A DNA stretch of 64,000 bases, taken from Octopus sinensis. Lineage: Eukaryota. The notes under the pieces were generated by a model, which was not told the origin of the DNA, did not search any database, and worked only from the letters and a program-made list of their open reading frames with translations. Below are positions 23,760-38,372 of the stretch, piece after piece. How positions within the stretch are numbered: position 1 is the stretch's first letter; each line of letters begins with the position of its first letter. The position numbers and the translations under genes were made by a program. The DNA lies in the NCBI RefSeq assembly GCF_006345805.1, contig NC_043014.1, forward strand, positions 21,514,001-21,578,000. The letters are read 5' to 3'.

Positions 23760-26700
23760 GGATTAAAGCGAGACCAACTGATGTGACATGTCTGTTACCA
23801 AACGATCACTGAACCCTTCTTTTCAGGTGCCCAATACCATCCCTCCTGCTCATGTTCCATCCCATGCTCCTTTCCCAATCCTCAGGGTTGGCACTGTCAA
23901 TGTAGTCACATTGAAAGGTAGGTCTAGTGAGATTGTTGAGATGCTTGAACAGAGGCATTTGATGTATGTTGTATCCAAGAGGTAAGGTGGAGAGGAACTT
24001 CAGCTAGGTTCCTCACAGGCAAGACATGTATGTATAAAATCTTCTGGGAAGGTAACAGTGACAGGGTAGGTGGTGTGGGCGTACGTCTTGCAGAGAAATG
24101 GGTGGATAAGGTCATAGAGGTAGTCAGAGTGAGCAAGAGAGTGTCTAAGCTCAGGCTAGTCTTGCATAATAGCATAGCATCGATTATCTCTGCCTATGCC
24201 CCACAGGTGGGCCTACCAAATGAACAGAAGGGCCATTTTTATGGTATTCTTCTGTAGGCTACTTCTAAGGCTGGAGATTTCAATGGGCATGTTGGACAGC
24301 AGCCCGGTATTTTCCATGGTGTACATGGGGGCCATTGAATTGGTTCCCAAAACAAAGAGGGAACAAGGCTACAGGAGTTCTGTGATGCTAATAACCTATT
24401 GATTTGCAACACCAACTTCAGGAAGCCAACCAGTCACCTGATAACCTACCAATCAGCTGGGTATGCTAGCCAGATCAATTACATTGCACCAAGCAATAGT
24501 ATGCATGGCTGCTCTTAAATACAAAGACCCTCCCTGTTGAATGTATCCCCCAGCATAGACTAGTCATCAGTGACTCCAGGTCAGAAGGATGCCAAGAAAA
24601 AGACCAGTCTGGAAAAGAAGGATTTGGAAGCTTAAAGACCCTTCATATGGTCAGAGATTTAGGGACACCCTAATTGAGAAATTTGGTGAGAGGGAGGAAG
24701 AGTTACAGACTTGTGACATAGAGGGCAACTGGGAATTCCTGCGAGATAGCTTGCTGAGTGCCATAGACCAAATCTGTGGGTGGTGCAAAGTCCCAAACAG
24801 ACCTAGGGTAACGTGGTGGTGAAACGTTGCTGTAGACAAGGCCATAAGAGTAAAGAAACAGGCCTGGGAGACATGGAAGAGTGGTGATAGCAGGGAGTTG
24901 TATCAGATAGTCAGAAAGGAAGCTAGAAGACAGGCATATCTAACCAAGGGAGAAGCAGAAAAAAGGAAGTTTGCCTATGTTCAGCGATGTGAGGACCAAA
25001 GAATTGAAGTTTTCCAGATTGCAAGACAGTGAGTGAGACAAAATTGTAATGTCAAAGGAAGGGAAATGTGTCTGCATGGATTAAGGTGTCCTTGCATTTA
25101 GTGATTCTACAAAAAAAGAGGCTTGGAAATGTCATTATGAAAGACTCTGAATGTAAAGAACGAATGGGATGAGGAGAGTCTGCCAAAGGTTGACCCAATT
25201 GAGGGATCAGCTACCCGAATTGACAGTACTTTGATAGATAAAGCAATTAAGGATATGTAAACAAAGAAAGCCTCTGGCCCTTCAGGAATCACCGCTGAGA
25301 TATTTAAAATATTTGGTGGTGTAGGCTATGGTCTGGTCACTCATATTGTAAATCAGGAGATTCATGAAGGAGTCATACCTAATGACTGGTATAGCAGCAT
25401 CATAGTCACCTGCTACAAAAGTAAAGGTGTTGCCTTAGATAGAAATAATTACAGAGGTATCAAATAGCTGGATCAGATGATGACAGTTACAGAGAGAGTC
25501 ATAGCTCAACTAATTAGGGAGAGAATTAGTCTAGATGAGATGCAGTTTGGTTTTGTGCTAGGGAGAAGCACCACTTATACTATATTTCTGGTAAGGAAGC
25601 TGTAGGAGAAATACATAGCCAAAGATAAACCCCTATACTTAGCTTGTGTTGACTTGGAGAAAGCTTTTGACAAGGTCCTCTGCTTCCTTATTTGGTGGTC
25701 AATGTGGAAACTAGAAATATACAAGTGGCTGGTGAGAGTTGTACAAGCCATGTACAGAGATGCCACCAGTAAGGTGAGGATTAGCAACGAGTACAGTGAA
25801 GAATTCAGAGTACAAGTAGGGAGTTCACCAAGGATCGATCTTAAGCCCCTCTTATTCATCATAGTCCTCCAGGCAATAACAGAAGAATTTAAGACAGGCT
25901 GCCTCTGGAAACTCTTCAATGCTGATGACCTTGTTCTTATAGCTGAATTACTACCAGAACTAGAAAAGACGTATGGAAGCAAGGTCTAGAATCGAAATGT
26001 CTCAGAGTTAACCTAGCAAAAACCAAAGTAAGTAAGAAAGCAGACAAATCACAAGTCCCTTCCAGTTGATGGCCCTTCTCAATCTTTAGAAAAAGTATAG
26101 GTAGTAACTCTGTAAGATGCATCCAGTGTAAGCTTTGGACATATAAAGGTACAGCAATATCAGAACAAGGTTAACAGAGAAAATAGCTTTTGTGTGCACA
26201 GGTACAATAAACACCGAAAATGTACAGAAGATAGACTCCATCAACTGCCAAGGGGGTAAGCTAGAGGTTGTTGATGGCTTCCGTTACTAGTAGCAGAGGT
26301 GGTTGCTCTGAGAGCATAGCTGTCGGGATAAGATTAAGCTGGGCAAAGTTCAGAAGGCTCCTACCCCTGTTGGCAACAAAGTGCTTCTTGCTCAAAGTGA
26401 AAAGCAGATTGTATGATGCTTGTGTGTGAACAGCTATGCTACATGGCAGTGAAACAGGCTGTAACAGCCGAGGACATGCACAGGCTTCAAAATAATGAAG
26501 CCAGTGTGCTTTGCTGGATGTGCAATGTCAATATGCATGTTCAACAGAGTGTAAGCATCTTGAGAGAAAATCTAGGCATAAGAGGCATCAGATGTGCTGT
26601 GCAAGAGAGATGAACGCACTGGTATGGGTATATGATGCGTATGGACAAGGACATCTGTGTAAAGAAGTTCTGATCTCTAAGTGTGGAGGGAAGCTGTGGT

Positions 26701-26940
26701 TGAGGTAGACCCAGGAAGACATGGGATGAGGTGGTGAAGCATGATCTCCAAACTTTGGGCCTCGCAGAGGCAATGACTAGTGACCGAGACTTTTGGCAAT
26801 ATGCTGTGCTTGAGAAGATCCGTCAAGCCAAGTGAAATCACAGTCATGGCTGATGCTGGTGTCACATAACCTGCACCCGTACAGTATCACATAACCTGCA
26901 TCCTTGCAGGTGGCACATAAAAAGCACCTTTCGATCGTTG
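23760..26940 (+). mobile_element. Near full-length, old RTE LINE (APE endonuclease plus RT), multiply disrupted
   Basis: GTVNVVTLKGRSSEIVEML; ASIISAYAPQVG; GDFNGH; ICNTNFRK; MQFGF; EKAFDKV; FNADDL; GRPRKTW. Many stops and frameshifts. Confidence 0.93.
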
Positions 26941-27074
26941 ACCCAAAATCTTTACCAAGGACTAAGTCCACAGAAAAAAAAAAGTGGCTATAAGAGGAAT
27001 CCAAGTGAGATGACACAGAGATAATGCAAATATGCAAATAAACATCAAGCATCTCTGGATCTTCTTTCTGTCTT

Positions 27075-27113
<39 letters not shown>

Positions 27114-27150
27114 TAATGTATGCGTTTCACTCCACATGTATTACATGTAC

Positions 27151-27199
<49 letters not shown>

Positions 27200-27944
27200 T
27201 GATGTATATATTATGTATACACATGGGCATATGTGCACACACGCATACATATATGTAGGTATGTATATACGTATTTATACGTATATGAATACCTGTGATT
27301 ATGCAAGTCAAAAGCGTGCATATAATTATGAAATTAACATGCATGATTAACTGAAAAGTGATAGTTTACCTCTACATTTAAATTGATTAATTATTAATGT
27401 TAATTACATAATTATATAAATGATAATGCTTTTATTCCATTGAAACCTGTCAAAAATAATAACACTATGAACCATAGAATTTATTCTTTTTACTCTTTTA
27501 TCTCTTCTTTTTCTCTTTTATTTGTTTCAGTCATTAGACTGTGACCATGCTGGGGCACCGCCTTGAATTATTTTTTTAGTTGACTGAAATAGCCACAATA
27601 ATAATCTTTATTTTTTAAGCCTGATACTCATTCTATCGATCTCTTTTGCTAAACCACTAAGTTACAGGGTTGTAAGCACACCAACACCGGTTGTCAAGCA
27701 GTGGTGGGGTACAAACACAGACACACATATATGACAGGCTTCTTTCAGTCTCTAGTTACTAAATCCAATCACAAGGCTTTGGTTGGTCTGAGGCTATAGT
27801 AGAAAACACTTGCCCAAGGTGCCATGCAGTGGGACTGAACCTGGAATCATATGGTTGGAAGGCAAACTTCTTACAACACAGCCACTTTTTAGCTGATTCT
27901 GTATATATATGCAAGTTATTTCATCAATATTTCATTATAAAGCA

Positions 27945-28180
27945 GCAAGCTAGCAGAATCATTAGCACACCAGGTGAAATGCACAGTGGTATTTCATCTG
28001 TCGTTATGTTCTGAGTTCAAATTCCACCAAGGTTGACTTTGCCTTTCATCCTTTTGGGGTTGATTAAATAAGTACCAGTTACGCACTGGGGTCGATGTAA
28101 TCGAATTAATCCCTTCGTCTGTCCTTGTTTGAATACTCTATGTTTAGCCCCCTGTGGACAATAAAAAAATAAATATTTAT
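27945..28180 (+). mobile_element. SINE (GCAAGCTGGCAGAATCATTAGCA family)
   Basis: Recurrent repeat with GAGTTCAAATTCC B-box. Copies at ~36015-36240 (+), ~57590-57850 (-) and ~62415-62650 (-). Confidence 0.78.
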
Positions 28181-28283
28181 TTCATTATAATTATGTATAG
28201 GAGTTTAGCAATGTGTTAAGCATTGAGTTCTCAAATGCTGTACATAAATTTTTTGTGATGTTTATGCATCAACTCATTATAGA

Positions 28284-29568
28284 TTAGGGTGTCAAGAAAG
28301 TTCTTGTGGAATTTTCAATTTTGGTTTTAAATGATGTATTTTCAAATTAATTTTCATTAAATTACTTTGATTTATATATCATTTTAAAGCCCGTTTTTCA
28401 CTATATATAATTGTGTTACTCTTTTTCTTTTTGAATAATTACACCATTTTTTCCGGAACATTCAATACAACATGGACAAAAGGCAAATTCGCACAATTTT
28501 CTTATTCCAGTTCAAGCTAGGCCGAAAAGCTGCTGAAACAGCTCACGATATCAATGATGCATTAGGCCCAGGAACTACTAATGAATGTACAGCACAATGG
28601 TGGTTCAAGAAATTTCGTAGTGGTGATGAGAGTCTTGAAGATGATAAGCGTAGTGGTCAGCCATTGGATGTTGACAATGATCAACTAAGAGCCTTAGTGG
28701 AAGCCAATCCATGCACAACTGTTCGAGAGCTTGCGTCTGAATTAGACATAACATATATGACAATTTCCAAACACTTGAAAGTGATTGGGAAAACAAAAAT
28801 ACTTGAGAAATGGATGCTGCATGAATTGAACGAAAACCAAAAAAAACACCATTTTGAAGTGTCGTCTTCCCTTCTTGAACACAACAAGAATGACCAGTTT
28901 CTCAACTGGATTGTGACTTGCAATGAAAAGTGGATTCTTTACAACAACCGGCGACACTCAGCTCAGTGGTTGGATGTCGATGAAGCTCCACAGCACTTCC
29001 TGAAGCCAAAGTTGCACCAAAAGAAGGTCACGGGGACTGTTTGGTGATCTGTGGCCGGTCTCACCCATCACAGCTTTTTGGATCCAGGCGAAACCATTAT
29101 TGCAGAGAAGTACTGTCAGCAAATAGATAAAATACTGAAGAAACTCTGACAACAACAGCCAGCATTGGTCAATAGAAAAAGTCCAATTCTTCTCTATGAC
29201 AATGCTCGGCTGTACGTTGCACAACTGACCCCGCAGAAGTTGAACGAATTGGGCTACGAAACTCTGCCTCATCCACCATACTCACCAGACCTCTTTCCTA
29301 TCGACTACCACTTTTTCAAGTATCTCAACAACTTCCTGTGTGAGAAATGCTTCAAAAACCAAGACGATGCCAAACACACCTTCAACGACTTCATCGCCAC
29401 CAAAAGGCAGGATTTTTATGCTACTGGCATAAATATTCTTGTTTCACGTTGGCAAAAGTGTGTTGATTTTGATGGTGTTTATTTCGATTAATAAAGTTTA
29501 GTTTGAGCCGAGATATGTGCAACTGAATTTAAAGGTTAAAAACCACAAGAACTTTCTAGACAACCTAA
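28284..29568 (+). mobile_element. Mariner transposon, cecropia subfamily (Hsmar1-like); transposase pseudogene at 28472-29491
   Basis: TIRs TTAGGGTGTCAAGAAAGTTCTTGTGG / CCACAAGAACTTTCTAGACAACCTAA plus TA. MDKRQIRTIFLFQFKLGRKAAET...YSPDLFPIDYHFF...RWQKCVDFDGVYFD. Single frame of 340 codons with two internal stops; first catalytic D appears as N (IVTCNEKW). Confidence 0.95.
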
Positions 29569-29849
29569 TATATGAAACTCTTCAGCCTCTGGAATCCAAC
29601 TGAGAGCAAACACAGTATCCTTCCAGATAATATATACATCTGAACTCACTTCTACGTATATCGGTGTGTGTGTGTGTGTGTGTGAATCATATATAGACAC
29701 ATGCATATATGACCATATACATAAATATACATACATACACACGCACACACACACATACATATATGGATGGATAGATATATACACACATGCATGCATGGAC
29801 AGACAGATGGATGGATGGATAGGTATTATGGTGATTTCACTATCTTTAC

Positions 29850-30300
29850 AGATGATTGCTGTCTCCTTGTGAATCATCATTGTCAATGAAATTTCTGACC
29901 TTCCATTCATGACTTTTCATATGAATTAATCAGTCTTGTTGCAAATCTGCATAGTTTGAAGCATAGATGACAGATAAAAGTTGTAGTGTATTGTGCACTT
30001 GCAATTGGCTTGGTTGGCACACATTGTTGCTCCTCTATCATCATAGGATTCTCTGTAGATTGGATGACAAATGAGGTCATCTGTATGTCATTGGATAAAG
30101 TGATAAATACTTCACATGATGAGTACCACTCCCTGCATCCCCGTGATTAGTACCTGGTGACAGGTTGAAGTGAGATGACTAATAATCATGTGAAACCACA
30201 GGTTTTACACCAGAATATCCCTTTCCTAAAAGGATGCTGTGACAACAGCTAGAGGTCCTTCACTCCTGGTAGTTATAGAAGTAAGATCACATTCATACAG
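29850..30300 (-). mobile_element. Old RTE-like LINE 3' end with C-terminal C2H2 finger remnant
   Basis: - strand FICHLCFKLCRFATRLI(N/S)HMKSH across a frameshift resembles the RTE C-terminal CxxC...HxxxH. Confidence 0.45.
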
Positions 30301-32577
30301 ATGTTAAATTTATTTCAACCATTTGAAGTATTTCAAATTTTCATTAGATGCTTTACAAATTTTCTACCCTTACGTGGCTTTACATACTGATGACAAACAT
30401 TGCATTCCATTTTCCTAGCAATTGATAATAAAGAAGTTTCAAGCATTTAAAGTTCTGCAATTTTAGCTAATCGAAAACTGCCATTACTGACATATCAAAA
30501 ATCACAGCTGTCGTCATGGCAACACATTTTTTCTGTAATAAAAGAAAATGCCGAGAATCTGTATCCATGAGAAAAGGCACAAAGTTAGAAGGGGGTACCC
30601 TTCCTCTTAGGAGTTCAATTTTGCTTTTAAGTTGCTAGGTACAACAATTAATTCTATTGGGAATAAAATTTTACAGTAATCTGTGTGGAGCATATTCACA
30701 CAGTCAAGAGATACCAAGCTGCCACTTTCAGCATTGAACAGTGAACCACACACAACATTGAGTTTGTCAGCCTTCAAGACAGGACCCACACTCAAGAAGT
30801 AGAAAGTACTTGAGCCTATCTTAAGTGTGGAAACAAACAGCATTGTGGCACTCCTCCTCCTACAGTAGACTCATATTTCCATGAATTCATGTAGCAAAGT
30901 GTGACCTATTCGGAAAACTATTTGAATGTATTTTAAATACATAGCAAAAATTCGAGAATAAAAATTCTGTTTCCAGTAAATACTTTTGAAAAAGAATTCA
31001 ATGTTCAGCATGCAAAACCACATACATCAGTGTAGGAAATATGAAAAAAAGCTGGCAAAATTTGAAATACCTCAAGTGGTTGGAAGAAATTTAACAAGTT
31101 CCCTGAACTTTGTTAAGAACACACCCATATGCAGAAAAAAAAAACATAATATACATAATCACAGTTATTTTGTGCAAATGCATGTGCTCAGTTTGTCTAT
31201 TTTCTTTACAGACAATTAACAAGATACATAACTCTGTCTTAATTTTTTTCTCTCAATGTACAGCATATGCACAGACCAAACTAGTTTTGTCTCCATGTTC
31301 ATCAGCCAATTAAGCCACTCACTACAATTTACACATACTGCCATTAACATCATATGTCAAGTGGAAACAGAATATATGAAATCTCACTGTGGTTGTTCGA
31401 CATTTAAAAGACACATTCCATACTTCGTAAACTTCAGTAGGATATATATATATATAGCAAGAGAGAGAGAATAGACACACACATACACTCATACATGAAT
31501 ACATATAGTTGATGTATGTGTGTCTATGTGTAAGTATGTGCTTGTCTATTTACATAGTCCTAAATAAACCTGTGTATTTCAACTTCTATCATTTTAGGTT
31601 TTACATTTATTATTTTCTGAAAAATTATACAATTTCTCTTTGAATTACATCCTCCTGTCTAATATATGTTTATATGTATCAATGAGCAAGAATAAAAACA
31701 CCAGCTAGAAATAACTGGCACATGTTTCTCAAATCACATACTGCTGTCTTGTGTATGTGTATCTCAACAGCAATAACAATATTTACAAATAGAAACAACA
31801 GGTATATTTTCCTAAAATCACGCACTACTGTCTTATGTGTGTGTTTATCAATAATAATAATAGTATTTACAAATATATATATATCAAAGTAATTTATTTT
31901 ACTAAGCCCTTTTATATAATATATATATATATATATATATTCTCTTTACTCTTTCACATGTTTCAGTCATTTGATTGTGGTCATGCTGGAGCACAACCTT
32001 TAGTTGAGCAAATCAACCCCAGGACTTATTCTTCATAAGCCTAGCACTTATTCTATCGGTCACTTTTGCCAAACCGCTAAGTTACGGGGGTGTAAACACA
32101 CCAGCATCGGTTGTCAAGCGATGTTGGGGGTACAAACACAGACACAAAAACCTATACACACATACATATATATATATACATATAAATATATACGATGAGC
32201 TTCTTTTCAGTTTCCGTCTACCAAATCCACTTACAAGGCTTTGGTCAGCCTGAGGCTATAGTAGAAGACACTTGCCTAAGGTGCCACGCAGTGGGACTGA
32301 ACCCAGAACCATGTGGTTGGTAAGCAAGCTACTTACCACACACCCACTCCTGCACCTATATATATATATATCATCATCATCGTTTAACATCTGCTTTCCA
32401 TGCTGCCATGGGTTGGACAGTTTAACTGAAGACTGGCAAGCCAGATGGCTGCACCAGGCTCCAATCTGATCTGGCAGAGTTTCTACAGCTGGATGCCCTT
32501 CCTAATGCCAACCACTCTGAGAGTGTAGCGGGTGCTTTTACATGCCACTGGCACAAGTGCCAATAATGTGACACTGG

Positions 32578-32611
<34 letters not shown>

Positions 32612-32859
32612 CTGAGGAAGGACCTGGTCTCTAACAAAGATACAAAACTCCATCATCAGAATGTAGATAAAGAAATTGTCACATTTTAAACCTGAGAAAA
32701 GTGTTGCATGTTTTTATTGTTTCACATGCAGATTGCATTTGTAATGTGCAAATCAGTTGGTTGATTTCCTTTTCTGAAATCCAAACTTATTTAGACCGTT
32801 TTGCCAAGCTTTTGCTAACAAAACAAGTTCACCAATTGGTGTAAATGTTAATTTATAAT

Positions 32860-33310
32860 CTGGATATAGAAGCTGGAGGTTTTTGGAACTGCTTTTCATA
32901 ATCATCTTCTTTCTCATTGATTTTCAAAGAGATATTCACATCAGCAGGACAGCTGACCTCTGTGATGCTACACACTTTTTGTCTGTTTCAAGCAACAACA
33001 TCCTGACTGTTATGTTTACACTTGACAAATGTTTTGATGGGAATGTTCCACCAATACTTCTTGTGTTGATGTTTTTGTGTGTAGTCAATAACAGGGAGAT
33101 TCTCTTCATTTATTCCAAGACAGTCTTTTTTATGAATGGCATTGTATATTGCTTTTTGCAACAATTCTATGTTGCATAGGGAGGTAATACTTTGATGCCA
33201 TTTTTGGGCAGCTGCTAATCATGTGTGATGTTTTCCACAGAAATATGACAATCTACATTTATGATTGCACCTTGAATTTCAAGGGCTTCATTGTCTCTCT
33301 TGTTTATGAG
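32860..33310 (-). mobile_element. RLE-type non-LTR retrotransposon fragment (CCHC knuckle plus RLE)
   Basis: ENITHMISSCPKMASKYYLPMQH...YWWNIPIKT...EVSCPADVNISLKINEKEDDY; same family as 16960-17300. Confidence 0.75.
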
Positions 33311-33348
33311 GTATTTAGTAGCATGCATCCATGTACATATGTATGTGT

Positions 33349-33380
<32 letters not shown>

Positions 33381-33937
33381 CATGTGTGTGAATGTATGTA
33401 TGGGCGCTACTGGTAACATGCAACACAGTACAACCTGTTGCATGGTCAGATCACCAGTGACTAAACTGGCAACCCCATCAAGCTTGTTAGGTGAGGTGGG
33501 TGATTGTTGGACACCCTGCAGGATGAAAAATAGACCCGTCAAAGGGTGGAAGAGCTCATGAGCTGTCAACAGCCATATCCAACAATGTGTATATATACAT
33601 ATATTTATATGAGAGTATTGTAGTTCGCTGGGAGTGGGAGACCCCTCTGTTGTTGTCACATCTATCTAGGAGAGGGAGACTCTGAGAGAAAACCTGTAAC
33701 ACTGACAATATTCAATGATGTAGACAAGTTTTTTTTGAGTTTATGTTGTCCATGTTTAGAGAGTGGGATTGGATTTGTGCAAATCCTTTCCCTATTATAA
33801 AAAAATCATCATGCCCAGGCATGCTTGAAAAAAAGTAAAACCTATCACAAAAATGGCTGGTCATAGTCTTTGATTAGGTGGTGATGCTACTCGAACATGA
33901 GTTTGCAGCCAGCCATAATGTACATAAGTATGTATGT

Positions 33938-34530
33938 GGGCTGATCAATAAGTATCCGGACTGTTGCCATATTAATGGAGCTAAAGCATGAAGAGTAAAG
34001 CCACTTGGCACAGATATCAACCAGCAACTGCTGTGCTTATGCACTAAGTTTTAACATTTTAGCTTACTTGCACTGTTTACAACAGTGCCTAGAAGGAACA
34101 TGTGTAGCGTGTCATTGTTGCATCGACCATGACAGAGAATCTGCATCAAATCTTGACAAAAACTAGGTGATTCCTGCTCAAAAGCCTATGCAAAGTTTTC
34201 AAAAAGCTTTTATCATTCTCAACACAGTCAAAAAGATCTTGTGCAACTGTAACTCGAGTGTCCTTTTGGTCTGCTGAAAGCAGTTTTGGCACAAACTTGG
34301 CAGATATGTGTATCATACCCAAATCTTCATTGATAATGTACTGAACTGAACCGTAACTAATCTGCACATACTCTGATAACTCACAGATGGTGATTCAACA
34401 ATTTCCCCTCACAGCTGCAATGTTTTTCTCAGTTCTGCTGGTTGCAGGTCTCCCAGAATGTTTGACAATATTGACATTTTTCAGCCATCCTGGATAACGA
34501 GTACTTTTCAAAGTTTCTGCATCTCCCAAT
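33938..34530. mobile_element. Rearranged mariner remnant
   Basis: TIR-like GGGCTGATCAATAAGTATCCGGACT and transposase N-terminus on + (to ~34198); HSGRPATS...DLGMIHISAKFVPKLLS on - (34198-34530). Confidence 0.75.
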
Positions 34531-37500
34531 TATTATTTTTTTAGATAAGAATCTTGTTCATCAAAGCTTTTGAAGATTCTTCTCTTCTCTGCAGTGCACA
34601 GACTACATTTTACTTTCAGTTTAGTAGGGATAAGAGCTTTCTAAGATGTCTCATTTACTACTCCAGATGAAACTTTTTAACTTCCAAATGTAGTTGGCCA
34701 CTTCCGTGGTGTTCTTTTTACCTTTGTGCTTACAGAAGGATGTATGATTATATAATTTGTTTAAATTATTTGATTATTCAACCTGTGTAATGTATGTGTT
34801 TCTACTAAGTTCAATTGTCTTTTGCTCCTATATTGCAGGATTTATCTTGTGTCAGTTTTGATACTAGATATGTGCAATGTTTTCCATGTTTGATGTGCAA
34901 CTATAGCTAATTTTAAGATTGTATCTGTTAAAGATTTCTAGACAATCAGGAGGAAAATGCTTGTCAGTTAAAGTCTGTAGCTGTTTAGCTATTATGATGA
35001 GTAAAAAGTGAAACATTAACCTTTTTTCATTTGTAGGAAGCAAGGTGTGAGTTGTGTAGATACTTTTCTCTTTGAATCTACAAGTTAGTAAGGTTTTATA
35101 GTATTAGGAGGCTACCTCAAATATTACCTTACTCAAGCAAAGATTGAACACCTTCTGCTAATATTGTAGATGAGATTCTTATACACTAATATGGTTTGCA
35201 TGATCCTACATTAATAGAGGAATTTTTCATTTGGCTTCCATGTGTAACATTGAGGAAATCTTAAGTCAACTTTGCCTTTCATCTTTTCAGGGCTGCTGAA
35301 ATTTACCCACCAGTTGAGCATTTACCCACTCACCTGAAATTGCTGGTCTTGTGCCAAAATTTTAAATCATTATTAATATTCTACTGATTGATGCAAGCTT
35401 TTGGCATTCCTAATACAATTGTTAACACTATTTAGAACTATGCTAGCTGGTCCAACCTCACATTCAGCAGGACTGATTAACCAACATTTACAGTTAAACA
35501 TAAAATTTTTGGTCCCTAATAGTTATAAATATTTGGCAGCTAAAAATCTTACCGAATATTTATAGTTTAAAATTATTTGCTGTTTCAAATCATTATTTGT
35601 GTTGGTGCATATTTCTCAGTAGTTTTGTTGAGAAGCTTTTTGTGGTGTCTTATCTAGATTTCTATATTTATGCATGCAAAATATAAATCTAGACTAGTGT
35701 AATACAAACACAATTTTCTAACTGTTCTTTGTTGTCAGTTTGCAATACTTGTGTGGAAAGCTGTTGGTTTTATAATGTCAAGAAGTGGTGAAAGCAGAAA
35801 CACTGGCATTTTTTAAAATTTCAATATTTTCTGTGTGCATTGCTATTTTATTGCCTTTCATATTGTCAAACTAAACTATGAGTGAATATTGTATTACTAG
35901 TACATGCTCAACATGTCATCTCTGTAACTGGTTCGGCTCTCTATGCTACTGCTGTTAGTTTTAATCAACTGATTCTGCTGATACCTTGTACTCCAATTAA
36001 ACTGTCCTAGGGAAAGGCAGCAAGCTGGCAGAATCATTAGCATGCTGGGTGAAACGCTTAGCAGTATTTCATCTGCCGTTACATTCTGAGTTCAAATTCC
36101 ACCGAGGTCAACTTTGCCTTTCATCCTTTCGGGGTCGATAAATAAAGTATTAGTTACATACAGGGGTCCATATAATCAACTTAATCCTTTTGTCTGTCCC
36201 CTCTGTGTTTAGCCCCTTGTGGGCAATAAAGAAATAAGAAACTGTCCAAGGGGTTTTTAAATTATGTAATAATTATATGTGATATATATAGCTGTACAGG
36301 CACAGACATAACTGTGTTTTGTCCCACTACATGGCATCTTGGGCAAGTGTTTTCTACTTTATCCCCAGTCAACCAAATCTTTATGAGTGGATTTCATAGA
36401 TGGAAACTGAAAGAAGCTTGTCATAAATATATATACTTGTGTACCCTTGTCTTGACATTATTGGATAGATGTAAACAAACATCATTGTCCTTCAAGAAAT
36501 GTTGTTCATTTCCACTCTAGAGTACTGGGGTCAATTCATTCAACTAAAAAATTTTAGGTGGTACCCCAGCATGGCCACAGTCTAATAACTGAAACAAGTT
36601 CTAGAGGCACTGTGTGTTCCACCCACACAAACTTTTCACACCCTTACCCCAACAAACCAAACTACATCTCTTCCTCATATTTCTTTTCATGCACTATGCT
36701 TATCTCTCACTCCCCAGTCCTGTCCTCACTGTATTATTGCTATCCCATAGTCTCTCACCCCCTTTATATACCTAGGTTTTCACCAGTCACTGCATTCCCC
36801 ACCCCAACACTGTGCATCCATATGAAGTTTCTACTTCCTAGTCAATCATCTTTGGCAATACCCTGTTACTTATATGACCTCCATACCTTGAGGGTATGCC
36901 CTGGCACTTCACCACCATCTCTCCTGCTCTTCCCTCTGGCTGGGTAGTTACATACTCTCTCTTGCTGGCCAGGTAACCATGTACCTCCTCTACAGCAAGA
37001 CAACTGTTTCTGTCACACTCTAACCTTTAATCATCGAGCAATAAGATCACCTCCTCCAATTCCCCCTCCTCTCAAAAGTTCTTTGTCTTACAAGTTACTT
37101 GGTGACCCTGCCAGTGTTGGTGCCACATAAAAAGCACCCAGTCCACGGTATAAAATGATTTGCATCTGGAAGGGTATCCAGCTGTAAACACCATGCCAAA
37201 ATTGACCTTGCTTGTGCTGGTGCCACATAAAAAGCATTCAGTCCACTTTGTGGGGTGGTCAGTGTTAGGAAGGGCATCCAGCTGTAGAAACCATGCCAAA
37301 ACAGACACACAAGTCTAATGCAGTCTCCTGTCTGGCCAGCTCCTGTCAAACCATTCAACCTATGCCAGCATGGAAACTAGATGTTAAACAATGATGATGA
37401 TATATACATACATATTTAAAAGTTTGATTCAGTTCTATGTGACTTCAAGTTTTGTGGGGACCCTTCTCTTTCGTGTTATGGTTTGAATCCAGAGCACAAG

Positions 37501-38372
37501 ACAAGCTCCTGTTGGGAGCCAGTGAAACTTGAAGCCGCACAGAACAGAAGCAAACCGTAACTCCTACTAAATGTGTTGAATACCCTTTTCTTGTTTATCC
37601 ACTCACTCCCCTCTCTCTCTTTCTATATATATAAAGCATGTCTTTTACTTTGTTTGCCAGTGTTTCTTACAACAGAAAATGTGACATCAATTATTAGGAA
37701 TAATTGAATTTACTAATGTAAACCAGTTTTTATAGACACCATAGCAAGCTATATTTGTCAATATAATTATTCCACTCAAATTGGGAATCTAAACTCAACC
37801 CCACACAATTTGCATAATAAACAATTGAAATTTTTTTACTACATATACAATTCTTATAAACATACCTATCCAATCTTCCTCAATACCACCACACAACCAA
37901 TACAAACTAAGTAGATTATTTGATGTGTAGAAATGGCTCCGAGATTAACAGGTAGATTTACAGAGTATTTCAGTGATGCCCGACTGAACACCTCATGACA
38001 AGTTGCCTCTCATTTGAGCTGTGGACCCTTCCTTTGCCCATGTCCAATGCAAATCATAAATAATCTCCCAGTTCAGAAACTATCAGCTAAATGAATTAAA
38101 CCTGACTCGATTTTCAGTAATTATCTACATTCATAAAATACATATTCATACTTAACTAAAAACATTTCATAATTACCAACATAATTCCCTTAACATTCAC
38201 TCTCCCAAAGAGAGAAACTTTCACTGCTGCCTCACTTGTAATTCTTCCTCTGAGACGACATCTTTCTCTGAACAGGACAGTTAATTTTTTTCTTCATCCA
38301 ATGTGAAGCTGATGCATTATCATGTTATCTCCATTAATCTGATATATATCTTCATGTGTGTATTTATTATAG

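Noticed and set aside
30880-31100. Possible Tc1/mariner N-terminal remnant (EKEFNVQHAKPHTSV)
   Set aside because: Too degenerate; no TIRs identified.
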